A stretch of 64,000 nucleotides of DNA from an uncultured delta proteobacterium (GTDB lineage Bacteria > Desulfobacterota > BSN033 > UBA1163), in NCBI GenBank assembly GCA_963827685.1, contig CAWHBU010000002.1, forward strand, positions 992,001 to 1,056,000, given 5' to 3'. Position 1 is the stretch's first letter; each line of letters opens with the position of its first letter. The translations under genes and the position numbers were made by a program. Positions 38,543 to 48,674 of this stretch are shown one piece after another. A model generated the notes under the pieces. The model saw nothing but the letters and a program-made list of their open reading frames with translations, did not search any database and was not told the DNA's origin.

Positions 38543-39205
38543 TTATTTCTCTTCGCCTTCAATTCGAATCTCGATACGTTGAGACGTTTCGCACCCTTTC
38601 AGGGAGGAAAGCATCCCTTTGAGGGTCTTGGTTAGAAAATCTCTGACGAAAGGGGTCATGGGAATTGGTCTTCCATCCACCCTCAGGAGAATCTCTTTTT
38701 CTTTCTTTAATTTGAGAAACTTCTTCTCAATAAAGTTGGAAAGCCCTCTCATATCTTCAAGGTGAAAGCAGGGAACTCCAACAGTGAATCTTCGGTTCGA
38801 AACGATAGCGACGAGGTTATCTTTCTTCGTACAGAGAAGTTTTTTATGTTTCTCCTTCCGAAAAACCTCAATCTTAGGCTGAACGTCCCTTTTATATCCT
38901 TCTGAGAGGATAAGGTCCACATCCTGAATCCATCTTCCCCGGATTTCATCCAGGGTTAAATCCCTTTCCACATCCCGAATCAAAGCGATCTTTTGGGGGG
39001 ACGAGATGACGACAGTGTGTGCCCCTGCTTGCTTGTGCCGCCAACTATCTTTCCCCTCCCGATCCACTTCAAATCCATGCATGTCATGCTTGACCGTTGC
39101 AACCCGATAACCTCGCCGGGTCAACTCGGGGACTAATTTTTCAATCAGCGTGGTCTTTCCACTATCCGATTTTCCAACAATTGAAATGATGGGAATCATG
39201 CGCAC
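38543..39205 (-). CDS. mobB: Molybdopterin-guanine dinucleotide biosynthesis protein B
   Basis: VGKSDSGKTT, VATVKHD, DREGKDSWRH, SEGYK. Confidence 0.93.
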   Translation of the reverse strand: MRMIPIISIVGKSDSGKTTLIEKLVPELTRRGYRVATVKHDMHGFEVDREGKDSWRHKQAGAHTVVISSPQKIALIRDVERDLTLDEIRGRWIQDVDLILSEGYKRDVQPKIEVFRKEKHKKLLCTKKDNLVAIVSNRRFTVGVPCFHLEDMRGLSNFIEKKFLKLKKEKEILLRVDGRPIPMTPFVRDFLTKTLKGMLSSLKGCETSQRIEIRIEGEEK

Positions 39206-39211
39206 TCCGTG

Positions 39212-39307
39212 CGAGTTTTGAGTTCGGAGTTTTTTGAATTCAATGACTTTTTGTCATGATTATTTTTAATAATTCACTCCGAACTAATTACTTCGAACTC
39301 CGAACTT
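39212..39307. repeat. Inverted heptamer-array element (GAGTTCG/ACTCCGA)
   Basis: gagttttgagttcggagtt...cactccgaactaattacttcgaactccgaactt. Confidence 0.75.
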
Positions 39308-40522
39308 TTAAAAATTACGGTCTAACAACTGAACCTTTACCTTCTCCCCTGCCCTCACAATCTCCTGATCTTCAGAGATGACGATCAAGCCATTTGCCCT
39401 TACCATGGATCTTAAAATTCCAGACCCCTGCTCTCCAGTGGTGGTAACAACGTATTGATTCTTCTCAAAAGAGACAGACCCTCTAATGAAATAGCGGCTT
39501 CCGGCCATCTTCTTAATCTCCTCTTTTAAAATGGCCTCAACCAGGGGCCGAAAAATCTGACGACAGCCCATCATCTTCAGAAGAGAGGGTCTCACAAATT
39601 GTTCAAAAGAAATCATGGATGAGACGGGATTTCCCGGAAGGCCAAACACTGGTTTTCCTCCGATCGTTCCAAAAGCCAGAGGCTGTCCCGGCCTCATGGC
39701 TACTTTCCAGAAAACCATCTCCATACCCAAATGCTTCATGACATCTTTAACGAAATCATAGTCACCCACGGAAACCCCTGCAGAGGAGATCAGGACATCT
39801 GCTCGGATCCCCTGACGAAGTTTTTCTTCGATCTCCTCTTTCCGGTCCTTGGCAATACCCAATTGAAGGGGGATCGCTCCGCAATCCTTAACCTGGGCCC
39901 CTAACGTGTAAGAATTACTTGAAATGATTTTGACCTCATCCAAATCCCCATCCACATCGACTAATTCGTCTCCTGTGCAGAGAATGGCGACCACCGGTCT
40001 CTGAGAAACAGAGACAAAAGAGCGTCCAACGGAAGCAAGCATCCCTACCTCTGCCGGACGGATCGTATCCCCCTTGAAAATCACACGATCTCCTTGCTTC
40101 ACATCCTCCCCAGACTTCCGGATGTTTTCCCCAAGAGCAGCAGCCTTGAGAATCAAGGCAAATCCATCTTCTTTCTTTGACTCTTCAACAGGAATGACCG
40201 TATCTGCCCCTTTCGGAATGGGAGCCCCTGTCATAATACGGATGGCCTTTCCTTTCTCGAGTGTCTTTGTTGATATAAAACCTGCAGGAAGATCTTCGAT
40301 CACCTCTAACCGGATAGGATGATCTTCGGAGGCGTTCTGGATATCTTCCGACCTCACTGCATACCCGTCCATGGCTGAATTATCCAGAGGTGGGATGTTT
40401 CTTTTGGCGTAGATATCTTCCGCGATCACCCTTCCTAAGGAATCCAAGAGAGAGACCTTTTCGAATCCTAAAGGACGAATGTGAGAAAGAATTTTATCTA
40501 AGGCTTCATCTACCGGAATCAT
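39308..40522 (-). CDS. moeA: Molybdopterin molybdotransferase
   Basis: DNSAMDGYAV, IMTGAPIP, TGDELV, GVSVGDYD, GLPGNPVS. Confidence 0.95.
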   Translation of the reverse strand: MIPVDEALDKILSHIRPLGFEKVSLLDSLGRVIAEDIYAKRNIPPLDNSAMDGYAVRSEDIQNASEDHPIRLEVIEDLPAGFISTKTLEKGKAIRIMTGAPIPKGADTVIPVEESKKEDGFALILKAAALGENIRKSGEDVKQGDRVIFKGDTIRPAEVGMLASVGRSFVSVSQRPVVAILCTGDELVDVDGDLDEVKIISSNSYTLGAQVKDCGAIPLQLGIAKDRKEEIEEKLRQGIRADVLISSAGVSVGDYDFVKDVMKHLGMEMVFWKVAMRPGQPLAFGTIGGKPVFGLPGNPVSSMISFEQFVRPSLLKMMGCRQIFRPLVEAILKEEIKKMAGSRYFIRGSVSFEKNQYVVTTTGEQGSGILRSMVRANGLIVISEDQEIVRAGEKVKVQLLDRNF

Positions 40523-40955
40523 ACAGCGAATATAACATAAAACTGACTTCAAGGAAATTCAAAGGCTGAAGAAGAATTTTCGTACGCCTCAGAGTTCTTT
40601 CATCCTTTCTATTTTGAATAATGTTATCTTGTATGGCGAAGAGGGGGACTTATTAGAGGATCGAGGCTTTTCGAAAACACAGTGGGCTGCTTGGTTGGTT
40701 AAGAAGAATATGCATTTTACGCTTCGATCAAAACCCATTAAGGGAATTATTTATTCAATACATGATTGAGAGCCACCCGCAGACTCCCCCTAGGACTTGG
40801 AGAGCGACTCTCTTGTGGACATATGGGAAATAAGTTAGAAAAATAAAATATGGGTAAAAATTATCCAAAAATCTCTTTTTGCATATGATCGGACTTAGAA
40901 TAGAAAGATAAATATTAAAAAATAATTTAATCTCAATTAGTTAAGGAGGTCAATA

Positions 40956-41786
40956 ATGATAGTTGCAGGAATAGATGTAGGCGGGAAGAACGTTCATATC
41001 GTCATCAAGAAAGATGGCCAAATTCTCGGAAAAGTTGCGGGTCCTACGGGAATTAAAAAGGCGGAGACTGTGGAACAACTCTATGGCGAGGTCCTGAAGA
41101 AGGCTGGCATTACCCGGAAGGATGTGGAGCGAGTGGTCGCCACAGGGAGTGCGGCTAAACGAGTTGCCTTTGCAAACGGTTTCATCCCCGATGCGGCGGC
41201 GGATGCCCGCGGGGTCAATAAACTGATCCCCTCAGCAAGGACCGTCATCGATGTGGGGGCCGAAGAAGGCAGGGCTATCAAAGTCGGCGCTGACGGAAAA
41301 GTTTTGGACTTTGCTATCAACGGGAAATGCGCAGCCGGTACAGGCACCTTTGTTGAGGCCATGTCCAGGGCGCTTGAGGTTTCCGTGGATGAGATGTCCA
41401 AGATCACTCTTCAATCCACCCAAACCCTTTCGACCAATGCTCAATGTGCGGTCTTCGGGGAATCCGAGGTGGTCTCACTCATTCATCAAAAGACACCCAA
41501 ACCAGATATTGCCCGGGCAGTGATGAATGCCATTGCCGGGAGAATTGCTTCCGTCGCACGTATTGTGGGACTGGAGAAGGATGTGGTGATGGTCGGCGGC
41601 TTGGCAAGAAATGCAGGGTTCGTTGACTCTCTTAAAAAGAGTATTGAAATGAACGTCCTGGTGCCGAAGGACCCTGATTACATGGGGGCTCTTGGTGCTG
41701 CCGAAGCGGCAGCCGCTGGAGTCTTTGCGGAAGAAGTCAAAACAAAGGTCCTGGAAAAAGAGACCGTCTCAGAAGGAAAAGCCTAA
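40956..41786 (+). CDS. ASKHA ATPase, benzoyl-CoA reductase BzdP-like/acyl-CoA dehydratase activase
   Basis: AGIDVG, IDVGAEEGRA, KCAAGTGTF, QCAVFGESEV. Confidence 0.85.
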   Translation: MIVAGIDVGGKNVHIVIKKDGQILGKVAGPTGIKKAETVEQLYGEVLKKAGITRKDVERVVATGSAAKRVAFANGFIPDAAADARGVNKLIPSARTVIDVGAEEGRAIKVGADGKVLDFAINGKCAAGTGTFVEAMSRALEVSVDEMSKITLQSTQTLSTNAQCAVFGESEVVSLIHQKTPKPDIARAVMNAIAGRIASVARIVGLEKDVVMVGGLARNAGFVDSLKKSIEMNVLVPKDPDYMGALGAAEAAAAGVFAEEVKTKVLEKETVSEGKA

Positions 41787-41810
41787 TCGCTTAAGATAAA
41801 GGTGGAGAAA

Positions 41811-42746
41811 ATGGCAGAGGAAGCAAAAACCCAAGAGTTCTGGAGATGGCCTGAAACCAATTGGGTCAACCCGGATATGGATTGGAAAAAAGGCAAGGTG
41901 ATCACGGCTGGAGTGGATGTGGGCTCGGTGAGCACTCAAGCTGTCATTATGGTGAATGGCGAACTTTACGCCTACGGTAACACGCGAACCGGTTCAGACA
42001 GTCCAAACAGTGCCAGAAAAGGCATGGGCTTTGCGTTGGAAAGAAGCGATTTGAAGATTGAGAATATCGATTACTGTATTGGAACAGGCTACGGAAGGGT
42101 CAACGTTCCCATGGCCCAGCAGTCCATTACTGAGATCTCCTGCCATGCCCGGGGAGCTAACTTCATGTACGGCCCGGAAGTCAGAACCGTCATGGACATG
42201 GGGGGACAGGACTGCAAAGCCATCAAAGTGGATGATCGGGGAAAGGTCCTCAATTTTATGATGAATGACAAGTGTGCAGCTGGAACTGGCCGAGGGATGG
42301 AAGTTTTTGCTGACTTGATCAGGGTCCCTGTCTGGGAGATCGGAACCCGCTCCTTCAAGATCCAGAAAGAGCCTCCAATGATTAGCAGTACGTGTGTCGT
42401 ATTTGCCAAGAGTGAGGTCGTCGGCTTATTGGAGTCGGGAATGCCTGAAAACGACATCATGGCTGCCTACTGCTCTGCGATGGCCCATCGCATCATGGAA
42501 CTACTGAACCGCCTGGGTGTGAAGGAAAAGTTTGTCATCACCGGTGGAATCGCCAAGAACGAAGGTGTCGTCAAGAGACTGGAAAAGGAATTGGGTATTA
42601 AAACCGCTGAGCGTGTTTGGAACAAAAAAGAGTATATTGATCGCGGTCATCCCTTTGACACACAGCTCGCTGGCGCTATCGGAGCAGCCCTGTTCGGAAA
42701 TGCTCTGTTGAAGATGGGCAAAGCCAAGAGTGCAAGAAAAGCCTAA
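41811..42746 (+). CDS. bzdQ: Benzoyl-CoA reductase bzd-type subunit Q
   Basis: EFWRWPE N-terminus, GVDVGSVSTQAV, GTGYGRVNVP, MNDKCAAGTGRG. Confidence 0.8.
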   Translation: MAEEAKTQEFWRWPETNWVNPDMDWKKGKVITAGVDVGSVSTQAVIMVNGELYAYGNTRTGSDSPNSARKGMGFALERSDLKIENIDYCIGTGYGRVNVPMAQQSITEISCHARGANFMYGPEVRTVMDMGGQDCKAIKVDDRGKVLNFMMNDKCAAGTGRGMEVFADLIRVPVWEIGTRSFKIQKEPPMISSTCVVFAKSEVVGLLESGMPENDIMAAYCSAMAHRIMELLNRLGVKEKFVITGGIAKNEGVVKRLEKELGIKTAERVWNKKEYIDRGHPFDTQLAGAIGAALFGNALLKMGKAKSARKA

Positions 42747-42810
42747 ACGGATTGCGGAATGCGGAATGTGGATTGCGGAGTGAATAAAGCAAAAGAAAAG
42801 GAAATAACAC

Positions 42811-43125
42811 ATGATAGCCAATTATGGTTTTAAGGATGGGTCTGGCGACTGGTATGTCACCATCGACACGGACAAGTGCAATGGTTGCGGCAAATGTCCC
42901 GAAGTCTGTCCAGCAAAGATCCTTGAAGTGGGGCCGGATGAGATTGACATCTTCCGTGAAGAACCCGTGGCATTTGTGAAGCATGAGGAGCGAAAAAAAG
43001 TCAGGTATGGCTGCGCTCCTTGCCGCCCCGGTTATGGTACAGAACCAGCGCCCTGTGTCGGAGTCTGCGAGCCAAAAGCCATCTCTCATTCAGAAGGATG
43101 GAAGGTCTTATACGGCCATAAGTGA
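42811..43125 (+). CDS. 4Fe-4S ferredoxin
   Basis: CNGCGKCPEVCP and CAPC..PCVGVCEP. Confidence 0.9.
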   Translation: MIANYGFKDGSGDWYVTIDTDKCNGCGKCPEVCPAKILEVGPDEIDIFREEPVAFVKHEERKKVRYGCAPCRPGYGTEPAPCVGVCEPKAISHSEGWKVLYGHK

Positions 43126-43155
43126 TTTCTTTCCTGTTCATGGGATGATGCAAGC

Positions 43156-43210
43156 TTACCGCTCTATTCCCGGAGTGTGAAAACCACTCTTGAAGTAGAG
43201 CGGTAATTTT
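43156..43210 (+). terminator. Hairpin/terminator after ferredoxin
   Basis: ttaccgctcta...tagagcggtaa followed by tttt. Confidence 0.6.
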
Positions 43211-43287
43211 GTATGAGTTAAGAATTTTGAGATTTGAGGTTTGAATTTTATAATTAGTTATATCTATTTATTGAAAGGTCTTCATCG

Positions 43288-43446
43288 ATGCTGTCACAAG
43301 AAAAGAAGACTGAGTTTGAACCAAGGATCGTTGCTTTTCTCTGCAACTGGTGCTCCTATCGAGGCGCTGACCTGGCGGGTACCTCACGATTCATTGAGCA
43401 CGGAAAGATGCCCAAAACCAATCAGGAGATGGAAGACCTGTTTTAA
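43288..43446 (+). pseudogene. Truncated MvhD/FlxD-type [2Fe-2S] subunit (52 aa)
   Basis: FEPRIVAFLCNWCSYRGADLAGTSR then unrelated tail and stop. Confidence 0.8.
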
Positions 43447-43499
43447 ACAAATTGCGGATTGGGGATTGCGGAATTCGGAATAATAAAATTTAAATCAAT

Positions 43500-43750
43500 G
43501 TAGCGCCCTCATTTATTGAGGGCGAATTCAAGAGCTTTCGTCGGCAATAAATGCCGACGCTACATAAGGTACCTTTTCTCCCTCTCCCTTTACGCCTGCC
43601 TGCGCGAAGCCGCTTCGGCGAAGGCAGGGGAGAGGGTTGGGGTGAGGGTGAATAAGGTTCTAAGAAATGAGTCGAGAAGAAGAATTGAAAAAAGAAGGCC
43701 CCTCTTTTCCCCTCTCCCTTGATGGGAGAGGACAGGGGTGAGGGTGATAA
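43500..43750. repeat. Cluster: REP pair, hairpin with nested 35-bp palindrome (43594-43628), second CCCTCTCCC..GGGAGAGG hairpin
   Basis: direct comparison with 14511-14571 and 27080-27114. Confidence 0.85.
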
Positions 43751-43760
43751 GGTTCATAAG

Positions 43761-43994
43761 GTGACCAGGGAACAAGAACTTAATAAGGAAGGTTGGGAAA
43801 AACGATTTACCATCGATGAACCCCGCCTATCGGAGATGGTAGAGCAATATAAGGAGCTCGGATTTGAAGTTCTCCTCGAACCCGTGGATACCTCCTCTGA
43901 AGAATGCACGACTTGTATCACCGCTTTCCATGATCGTTACAAAACCATCTACACCCGCCAAAAGGGCAATAGCAAACTTCCGAAAGAACAGTGA
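43761..43994 (+). CDS. Small hypothetical protein with CxxC
   Basis: GWEKRFTIDEPRLSEMVEQYKELGFEVLLEP..ECTTC..IYTR; GTG start inferred. Confidence 0.7.
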   Translation: MTREQELNKEGWEKRFTIDEPRLSEMVEQYKELGFEVLLEPVDTSSEECTTCITAFHDRYKTIYTRQKGNSKLPKEQ

Positions 43995-44204
43995 TAAAAA
44001 CACAACCTTACAGACAGTAAGAAACTCGGCTCCCCATTTTCTCGGGTTTTTCCCCTCTTGACCCATTCGGCGGCTTCAAGACTCTCCTTTGAACCCCGGG
44101 TAAGAAGCCGCTCAGGGTCAACCCTGAGCTCCTCCGCCTGAGATCGGGTCAAAGGCAAGCCTGGGGGCTTTCAGGCCGGGGAGTCGAAGGGTTGACATCC
44201 CGGT

Positions 44205-44714
44205 TCAAAGACCTTGTTTTTTGAAGTCTCTTGAAAGGTCGACATAAAAGTTGGCTCCGGAAATAATCCTCTCTATCTCTTTTCTGTTTACGGTCCTCTT
44301 TATTCTGGCAGGCACTCCTACTACCAAAGACCTCGAAGGAATTTTAAAATTATCCTTCACCATTGAATGAGCACCAATCATACAGTCGTCACCAATTTCT
44401 GCAAAAATACCCAGGGTGGTATTCATTCCAATAAGAACATTATTACCGATTCTGGCACAATGGATGACGGAACCGTGACCCACTGTCACATTATTCCCAA
44501 TGATGACGTCCGCCACCCCTGCATGGATGACACAATTATCCTGAATACTGCAATTGCACCCAATTTTAATTCGGAATCGATCAGCTCTCAAAACTGCTCC
44601 AGGCCAAATACTGGAATTTCTCCCAATTTCTATATCGCCAATGACATAAGCATTCTCGCTGACAAAAACAGAGGGATCAATTCTCGGCTTTCTCTTCCCC
44701 AAACTCTTAATCAT
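44205..44714 (-). CDS. Gamma-carbonic anhydrase family (hexapeptide) protein
   Basis: VIGDIEIG, IWPGAVLRAD, IQDNCVIH, TVGH..VIH. Confidence 0.92.
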   Translation of the reverse strand: MIKSLGKRKPRIDPSVFVSENAYVIGDIEIGRNSSIWPGAVLRADRFRIKIGCNCSIQDNCVIHAGVADVIIGNNVTVGHGSVIHCARIGNNVLIGMNTTLGIFAEIGDDCMIGAHSMVKDNFKIPSRSLVVGVPARIKRTVNRKEIERIISGANFYVDLSRDFKKQGL

Positions 44715-44748
44715 AGTTGTCATCTGCTCCTACGGTTGGGAAAAATGT

Positions 44749-45537
44749 TCACGCTCTTTCGTCTATGATGGCGATGGGTCTGACCCAGCCCGCACTGGCC
44801 TTCTTGATGTTGATAGGAAAACAGCAGACCGTAAACCCATGAGGTCTCCCGATCGCTGATAAGTTCGCTAACTTCTCCATATGACAATATCCAATCTCAA
44901 TTCCCGCAAAGTGGGCCTCCCAGATGACCCTTGGGTCCCCGGTCTCCTTAAATTCTTTGGCCAGGAAGGGCAAGGGCCTGTCCCAACTCCATGCATCAAT
45001 GCCCACCACCTTCACCCCCTTCTCCGTAAGGAACAGGGTGCTTTCACGATCCATCCCAGCGCCTTTGGTTAAATACGCAGGTGTGCCCCAGGCAGCATCA
45101 GCCCCGGTCTGGATCAAAACGATGTCGAACGGATGGATTTTATAATTAATTCGTTTTAATTCCTTTTCTATATCCCCCGCCGTAATCCTTTCACCATCGG
45201 CCTTATGGCGAAAATCGAGGAGCACCCCGTTGCTAAAACACCAATCAAGAGGGATTTGGTCGATGGTTAACGAAGGTTTTCCCTTGTCCATGGTTGGGTG
45301 ATAATGATAGGGAGCATCCAAATGTGTACCTGAATGAGTCGTCAACGTCAGAAACTCTACGGCCCAACCCAGACCGCCGGGTAACTGTTCAGCCGTTACT
45401 CCCGGGAAGAAATCCTTCATTCGTTCAGCACCCTGGATGTGATCGGCATATTCGATTTTTGGAATCATCATTGCAGGATCACTTGGGAGTCCCGATTCAA
45501 TGGGCAAACTCAAATCGACAAACTTTTTCCGTTTCAT
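44749..45537 (-). CDS. Cyclase/kynurenine formamidase-family metal hydrolase
   Basis: THSGTHLDAP, VGIDAWSWD, HMEKLANL. Confidence 0.9.
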   Translation of the reverse strand: MKRKKFVDLSLPIESGLPSDPAMMIPKIEYADHIQGAERMKDFFPGVTAEQLPGGLGWAVEFLTLTTHSGTHLDAPYHYHPTMDKGKPSLTIDQIPLDWCFSNGVLLDFRHKADGERITAGDIEKELKRINYKIHPFDIVLIQTGADAAWGTPAYLTKGAGMDRESTLFLTEKGVKVVGIDAWSWDRPLPFLAKEFKETGDPRVIWEAHFAGIEIGYCHMEKLANLSAIGRPHGFTVCCFPINIKKASAGWVRPIAIIDERA

Positions 45538-45665
45538 AGATTGCCCTTTCCTTTTGCGAGCGATTTGGCGTTTTTGCCGACCAGGGTCCTAAACGAATCA
45601 TTTTGCCAAATCTGTAAGAATGAATTCGGACCTTCATCACAGATGGCATCTTGAACAATTTTCTA

Positions 45666-46370
45666 TTACTCTAAACGCATCTTTCCCTTTATGGCAGGCT
45701 CCCCATCCACTACCATTCCATCTCGAAGGTGGATGGCGCGGGAAGAAAAGGCCGCATTTTCAGGATTATGAGTGACCATGACAATCGTCTGTCCTTCTTC
45801 ATTAAGAGACTTAAAAAGTTCCATAATTTCTTTCCCTGTCTTAGAATCCAGATTGCCGGTGGGTTCGTCGGCAAGAAGGATCGGCGGTGAATTCACTAAC
45901 GCTCTGCCAATAGCCACCCTCTCTTGTTCTCCTCCTGACAGTTGATCTGGGAGCCTCTTCCCCTTCCCTTTCAATCCCATCTTCTCCAGTATCTCCTCCG
46001 CCATATTCGACTGCTCTCGATTCGATTTCTCCGTGATAGAAAGAGGGAGCATCACATTTTCAATCACCGTCAGATAGGGAATCAGCTGAAAGGATTGGAA
46101 GATGAAACCAAGATATTCTCTTCTGAAATCGGCGAGCTTCTCCATCTGGAGTTTAAATATTGGAATTTCGTCCACCACCACCTCCCCTCGGCTGGGGTGG
46201 TTGAGTCCGCCCAAAATAGTAAGGAGGGTGGATTTCCCTGAGCCGGATGGTCCCATGACAGAGACAAATTCACCCTTCTCAATATTCAGATCCACACCCA
46301 CGAGAGCAGGCACATGCTCTTCTCCGCTCTCATAGGTGTTCGATAAATTCTTAATCTCGATCAAACTCAT
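45666..46370 (-). CDS. ABC ATPase (LolD/MacB-like)
   Basis: GPSGSGKS, LSGGEQERVA, LADEPTGNLD. Confidence 0.93.
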   Translation of the reverse strand: MSLIEIKNLSNTYESGEEHVPALVGVDLNIEKGEFVSVMGPSGSGKSTLLTILGGLNHPSRGEVVVDEIPIFKLQMEKLADFRREYLGFIFQSFQLIPYLTVIENVMLPLSITEKSNREQSNMAEEILEKMGLKGKGKRLPDQLSGGEQERVAIGRALVNSPPILLADEPTGNLDSKTGKEIMELFKSLNEEGQTIVMVTHNPENAAFSSRAIHLRDGMVVDGEPAIKGKMRLE

Positions 46371-46452
46371 GTTCGTGTCTTCACACGAAGGATGAGGTTG
46401 AGGTTAAGGAAAAGCATTAAACAACCTTAACCTTGACCTTAACCTTTCGCAC

Positions 46453-47613
46453 TTATAGCGCTCTTAGCGCTGCGGTGGGATCCATCTTTGAGGCGTGAAT
46501 AGCCGGGTAGATGCTGGAAAGGATTCCCATTGTCACAGAGAGAAAAACGACGCCCACCGCTAAGACAGGATCGACAACTATCCCGCCTCCTTTTATCCCC
46601 GTGACGATGGGACCGAGGAGATGAGAAACTCCAAGTCCCAGGAGGTATCCTGTCACTCCTCCAATCAATCCAACCACAAAGGCTTCCAAAAAAATGATCC
46701 GGATGATATGCGATTTTCGAAATCCTATGGCACGGAAGATACCAATCTCCCTCTTTCGCTCGTTCACCGAGGCCGTCGTATTGGTGAACACGATCAGGCC
46801 TCCGATCAGAAGGACGATGATAGATATGCCCACAGAGAACTTCTTAAAGTGGTCTAAGGCCTCCATTTTGGTCTGAAGGGTCTGTTTGATCGCCGTCACT
46901 TTCGCATGGGGCAATACTTTAGATATCTGACTGACGATCTCTTCAATCGGGCATGAAATGCAAAAGGTAGAGACTTCAATCAGACTCAAAGCCCCGGGTT
47001 TCTTCAGCGCCTCTTGCACGAAAGGCAGGTCACCGAAAATGAGAAAATCATCCTGGGAGCCGGTCTCATCCAGAATTCCCGCAATTCTTACAGTCTTTCC
47101 GTTGATCGTTAAATTGTCACCAGTACTTTTGAAGAGTCTCACAGCAACTTCGTTTCCAAGGAGGACTTCGTCTCGACTCTTAGGGATCGCACCATGGACT
47201 TTCCACCATTTCTTGAGTCTAACCTCTTCCTGGAAAAGAACACCGGTAAGAAGAATCTTTCTCCCTTCGATCTCTACCACTCCAATCAATTTGGGAGAGA
47301 TGGTGCTGATGTTTTCCCGAACTTCGATCTGTCGAATCTTTGGAATGTCTGAGTCTTTTAGCGTTTGAGTATCGACCGAAACTCCACCCATATTCAGACC
47401 GCCGTAAGAGAGGGAGAGGTCATCCGATCGAGGAATGACGAGGATATTGGCTCCAAACTCGTCAAGCTTGTTTGAGATATCTTCGTTCATCATCCGGGTA
47501 ATGGAGATAAGAGTCACGACCGTTGTCATGCCCATGGTGAGACCCAGAATGAGAAAGAGGACTTTACTCTTACGCCTCCGCAGATTATTGATAGAGATGT
47601 CTCTAAGTCTCAC
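46453..47613 (-). CDS. FtsX/MacB-type ABC permease
   Basis: FGANILVIP, SVNERKREIGIFRAIGF, YPAIHASKMDP; CxxC (CISCPIE) in periplasmic part. Confidence 0.9.
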   Translation of the reverse strand: MRLRDISINNLRRRKSKVLFLILGLTMGMTTVVTLISITRMMNEDISNKLDEFGANILVIPRSDDLSLSYGGLNMGGVSVDTQTLKDSDIPKIRQIEVRENISTISPKLIGVVEIEGRKILLTGVLFQEEVRLKKWWKVHGAIPKSRDEVLLGNEVAVRLFKSTGDNLTINGKTVRIAGILDETGSQDDFLIFGDLPFVQEALKKPGALSLIEVSTFCISCPIEEIVSQISKVLPHAKVTAIKQTLQTKMEALDHFKKFSVGISIIVLLIGGLIVFTNTTASVNERKREIGIFRAIGFRKSHIIRIIFLEAFVVGLIGGVTGYLLGLGVSHLLGPIVTGIKGGGIVVDPVLAVGVVFLSVTMGILSSIYPAIHASKMDPTAALRAL

Positions 47614-47696
47614 ACTTCACCATGATGACTTGTGCTTCCCCATTGACCCGCGAAGCCATCCTGAGCCTGTCGAAGGATAGGTGCCAAGTCCAACTT

Positions 47697-48674
47697 CTAT
47701 GCTCTCAATTTAAACCCGAGATCCCTGATCATTGTCAAATCATCCTCCGCATTCCGACCAGGGGTTGTGAGATAATTTCCTACAATCAGACCGTTCGCAC
47801 CGGCGAGAAGGGCAAGGGACTGCAAATCTCTAAGATTTGCCTCCCTTCCGCCTGCGATCTTGATCGTCCCTTTTGGTAGAATGAGACGAAATATTGAAAT
47901 GGTCTTGATGACCTCCATGGGAGGAATGAATTCTGAATGTTCCAACGGAGTTCCTGGTCTGGGATTAAGAATATTGAAGGGAATGCAGTCGATCCCAAGT
48001 TGCTTAAGGGAGAAGGCAAGTTCCAATCGTTGTTGAGGTGATTCTCCCAGGCCAACGATTCCGCCACAACAGATAGAGAATCCCTGTTTTTTCAAAACTT
48101 CAATGGTCTTAACGCGATCCCCAAAGGAGTGGGTCGAACATATTTGAGGGAAATGGCTCTCCGCCGTTTCCACATTATGGTTATATCGGGTGACTCCAAC
48201 CTTTCTTAAGGATGCTGCCCTTTCTTCACTCAACGTTCCCAAAGAGCAATCGAGGTCAAGGGTTGTTTCATTGTGTATGCGATCGAGGGCCCTCAGAATC
48301 GTCTCAAACTCTTTGTCATTTAGCTCCCGGCCGCTTGTGATGAGACAGAAACGGCCTGTCCCTCTCGCCTGTGCCTCCTTAGCCTCTTCTACTATTCGCT
48401 TCACATCCATAAGGGAATAAACCGGGGCTTCCGTTTTGTAGTGAGCCGACTGGGCGCAGAAAGCACAGTCCTCAGGACATCTTCCTGATTTGGCATTGAG
48501 GAGCGAACAAACATCAATCTCGTTCCCGTTGAACTCCTCTCTCACACGATTGGCCACTGCAGCAAGATCTAAGACGTCAGGCCCCTTTGCCGCTAACAAG
48601 GGGAGCACATCCTTCATGCTCAGGTTCTTTCCTTCAAGAACCTTGTCTCCAACCTTCCGAATTTCTTTTCTCAT
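47697..48674 (-). CDS. bioB: Biotin synthase
   Basis: AKSGRCPEDCAFCAQS, YNHNVET, CCGGIVGLGE, GNYLTT. Confidence 0.93.
   Translation of the reverse strand: MRKEIRKVGDKVLEGKNLSMKDVLPLLAAKGPDVLDLAAVANRVREEFNGNEIDVCSLLNAKSGRCPEDCAFCAQSAHYKTEAPVYSLMDVKRIVEEAKEAQARGTGRFCLITSGRELNDKEFETILRALDRIHNETTLDLDCSLGTLSEERAASLRKVGVTRYNHNVETAESHFPQICSTHSFGDRVKTIEVLKKQGFSICCGGIVGLGESPQQRLELAFSLKQLGIDCIPFNILNPRPGTPLEHSEFIPPMEVIKTISIFRLILPKGTIKIAGGREANLRDLQSLALLAGANGLIVGNYLTTPGRNAEDDLTMIRDLGFKLRA

Noticed and set aside
40633-40655. tggcgaagagggggac resembling a reverse tRNA 3' end or att site
   Set aside because: Too short, T-loop (GTTCGA) absent, no cloverleaf
43288-43446. Selenocysteine read-through in mvhD
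   Set aside because: Codon is TGC (CNWCSY) and the ORF ends in TAA after a non-homologous tail
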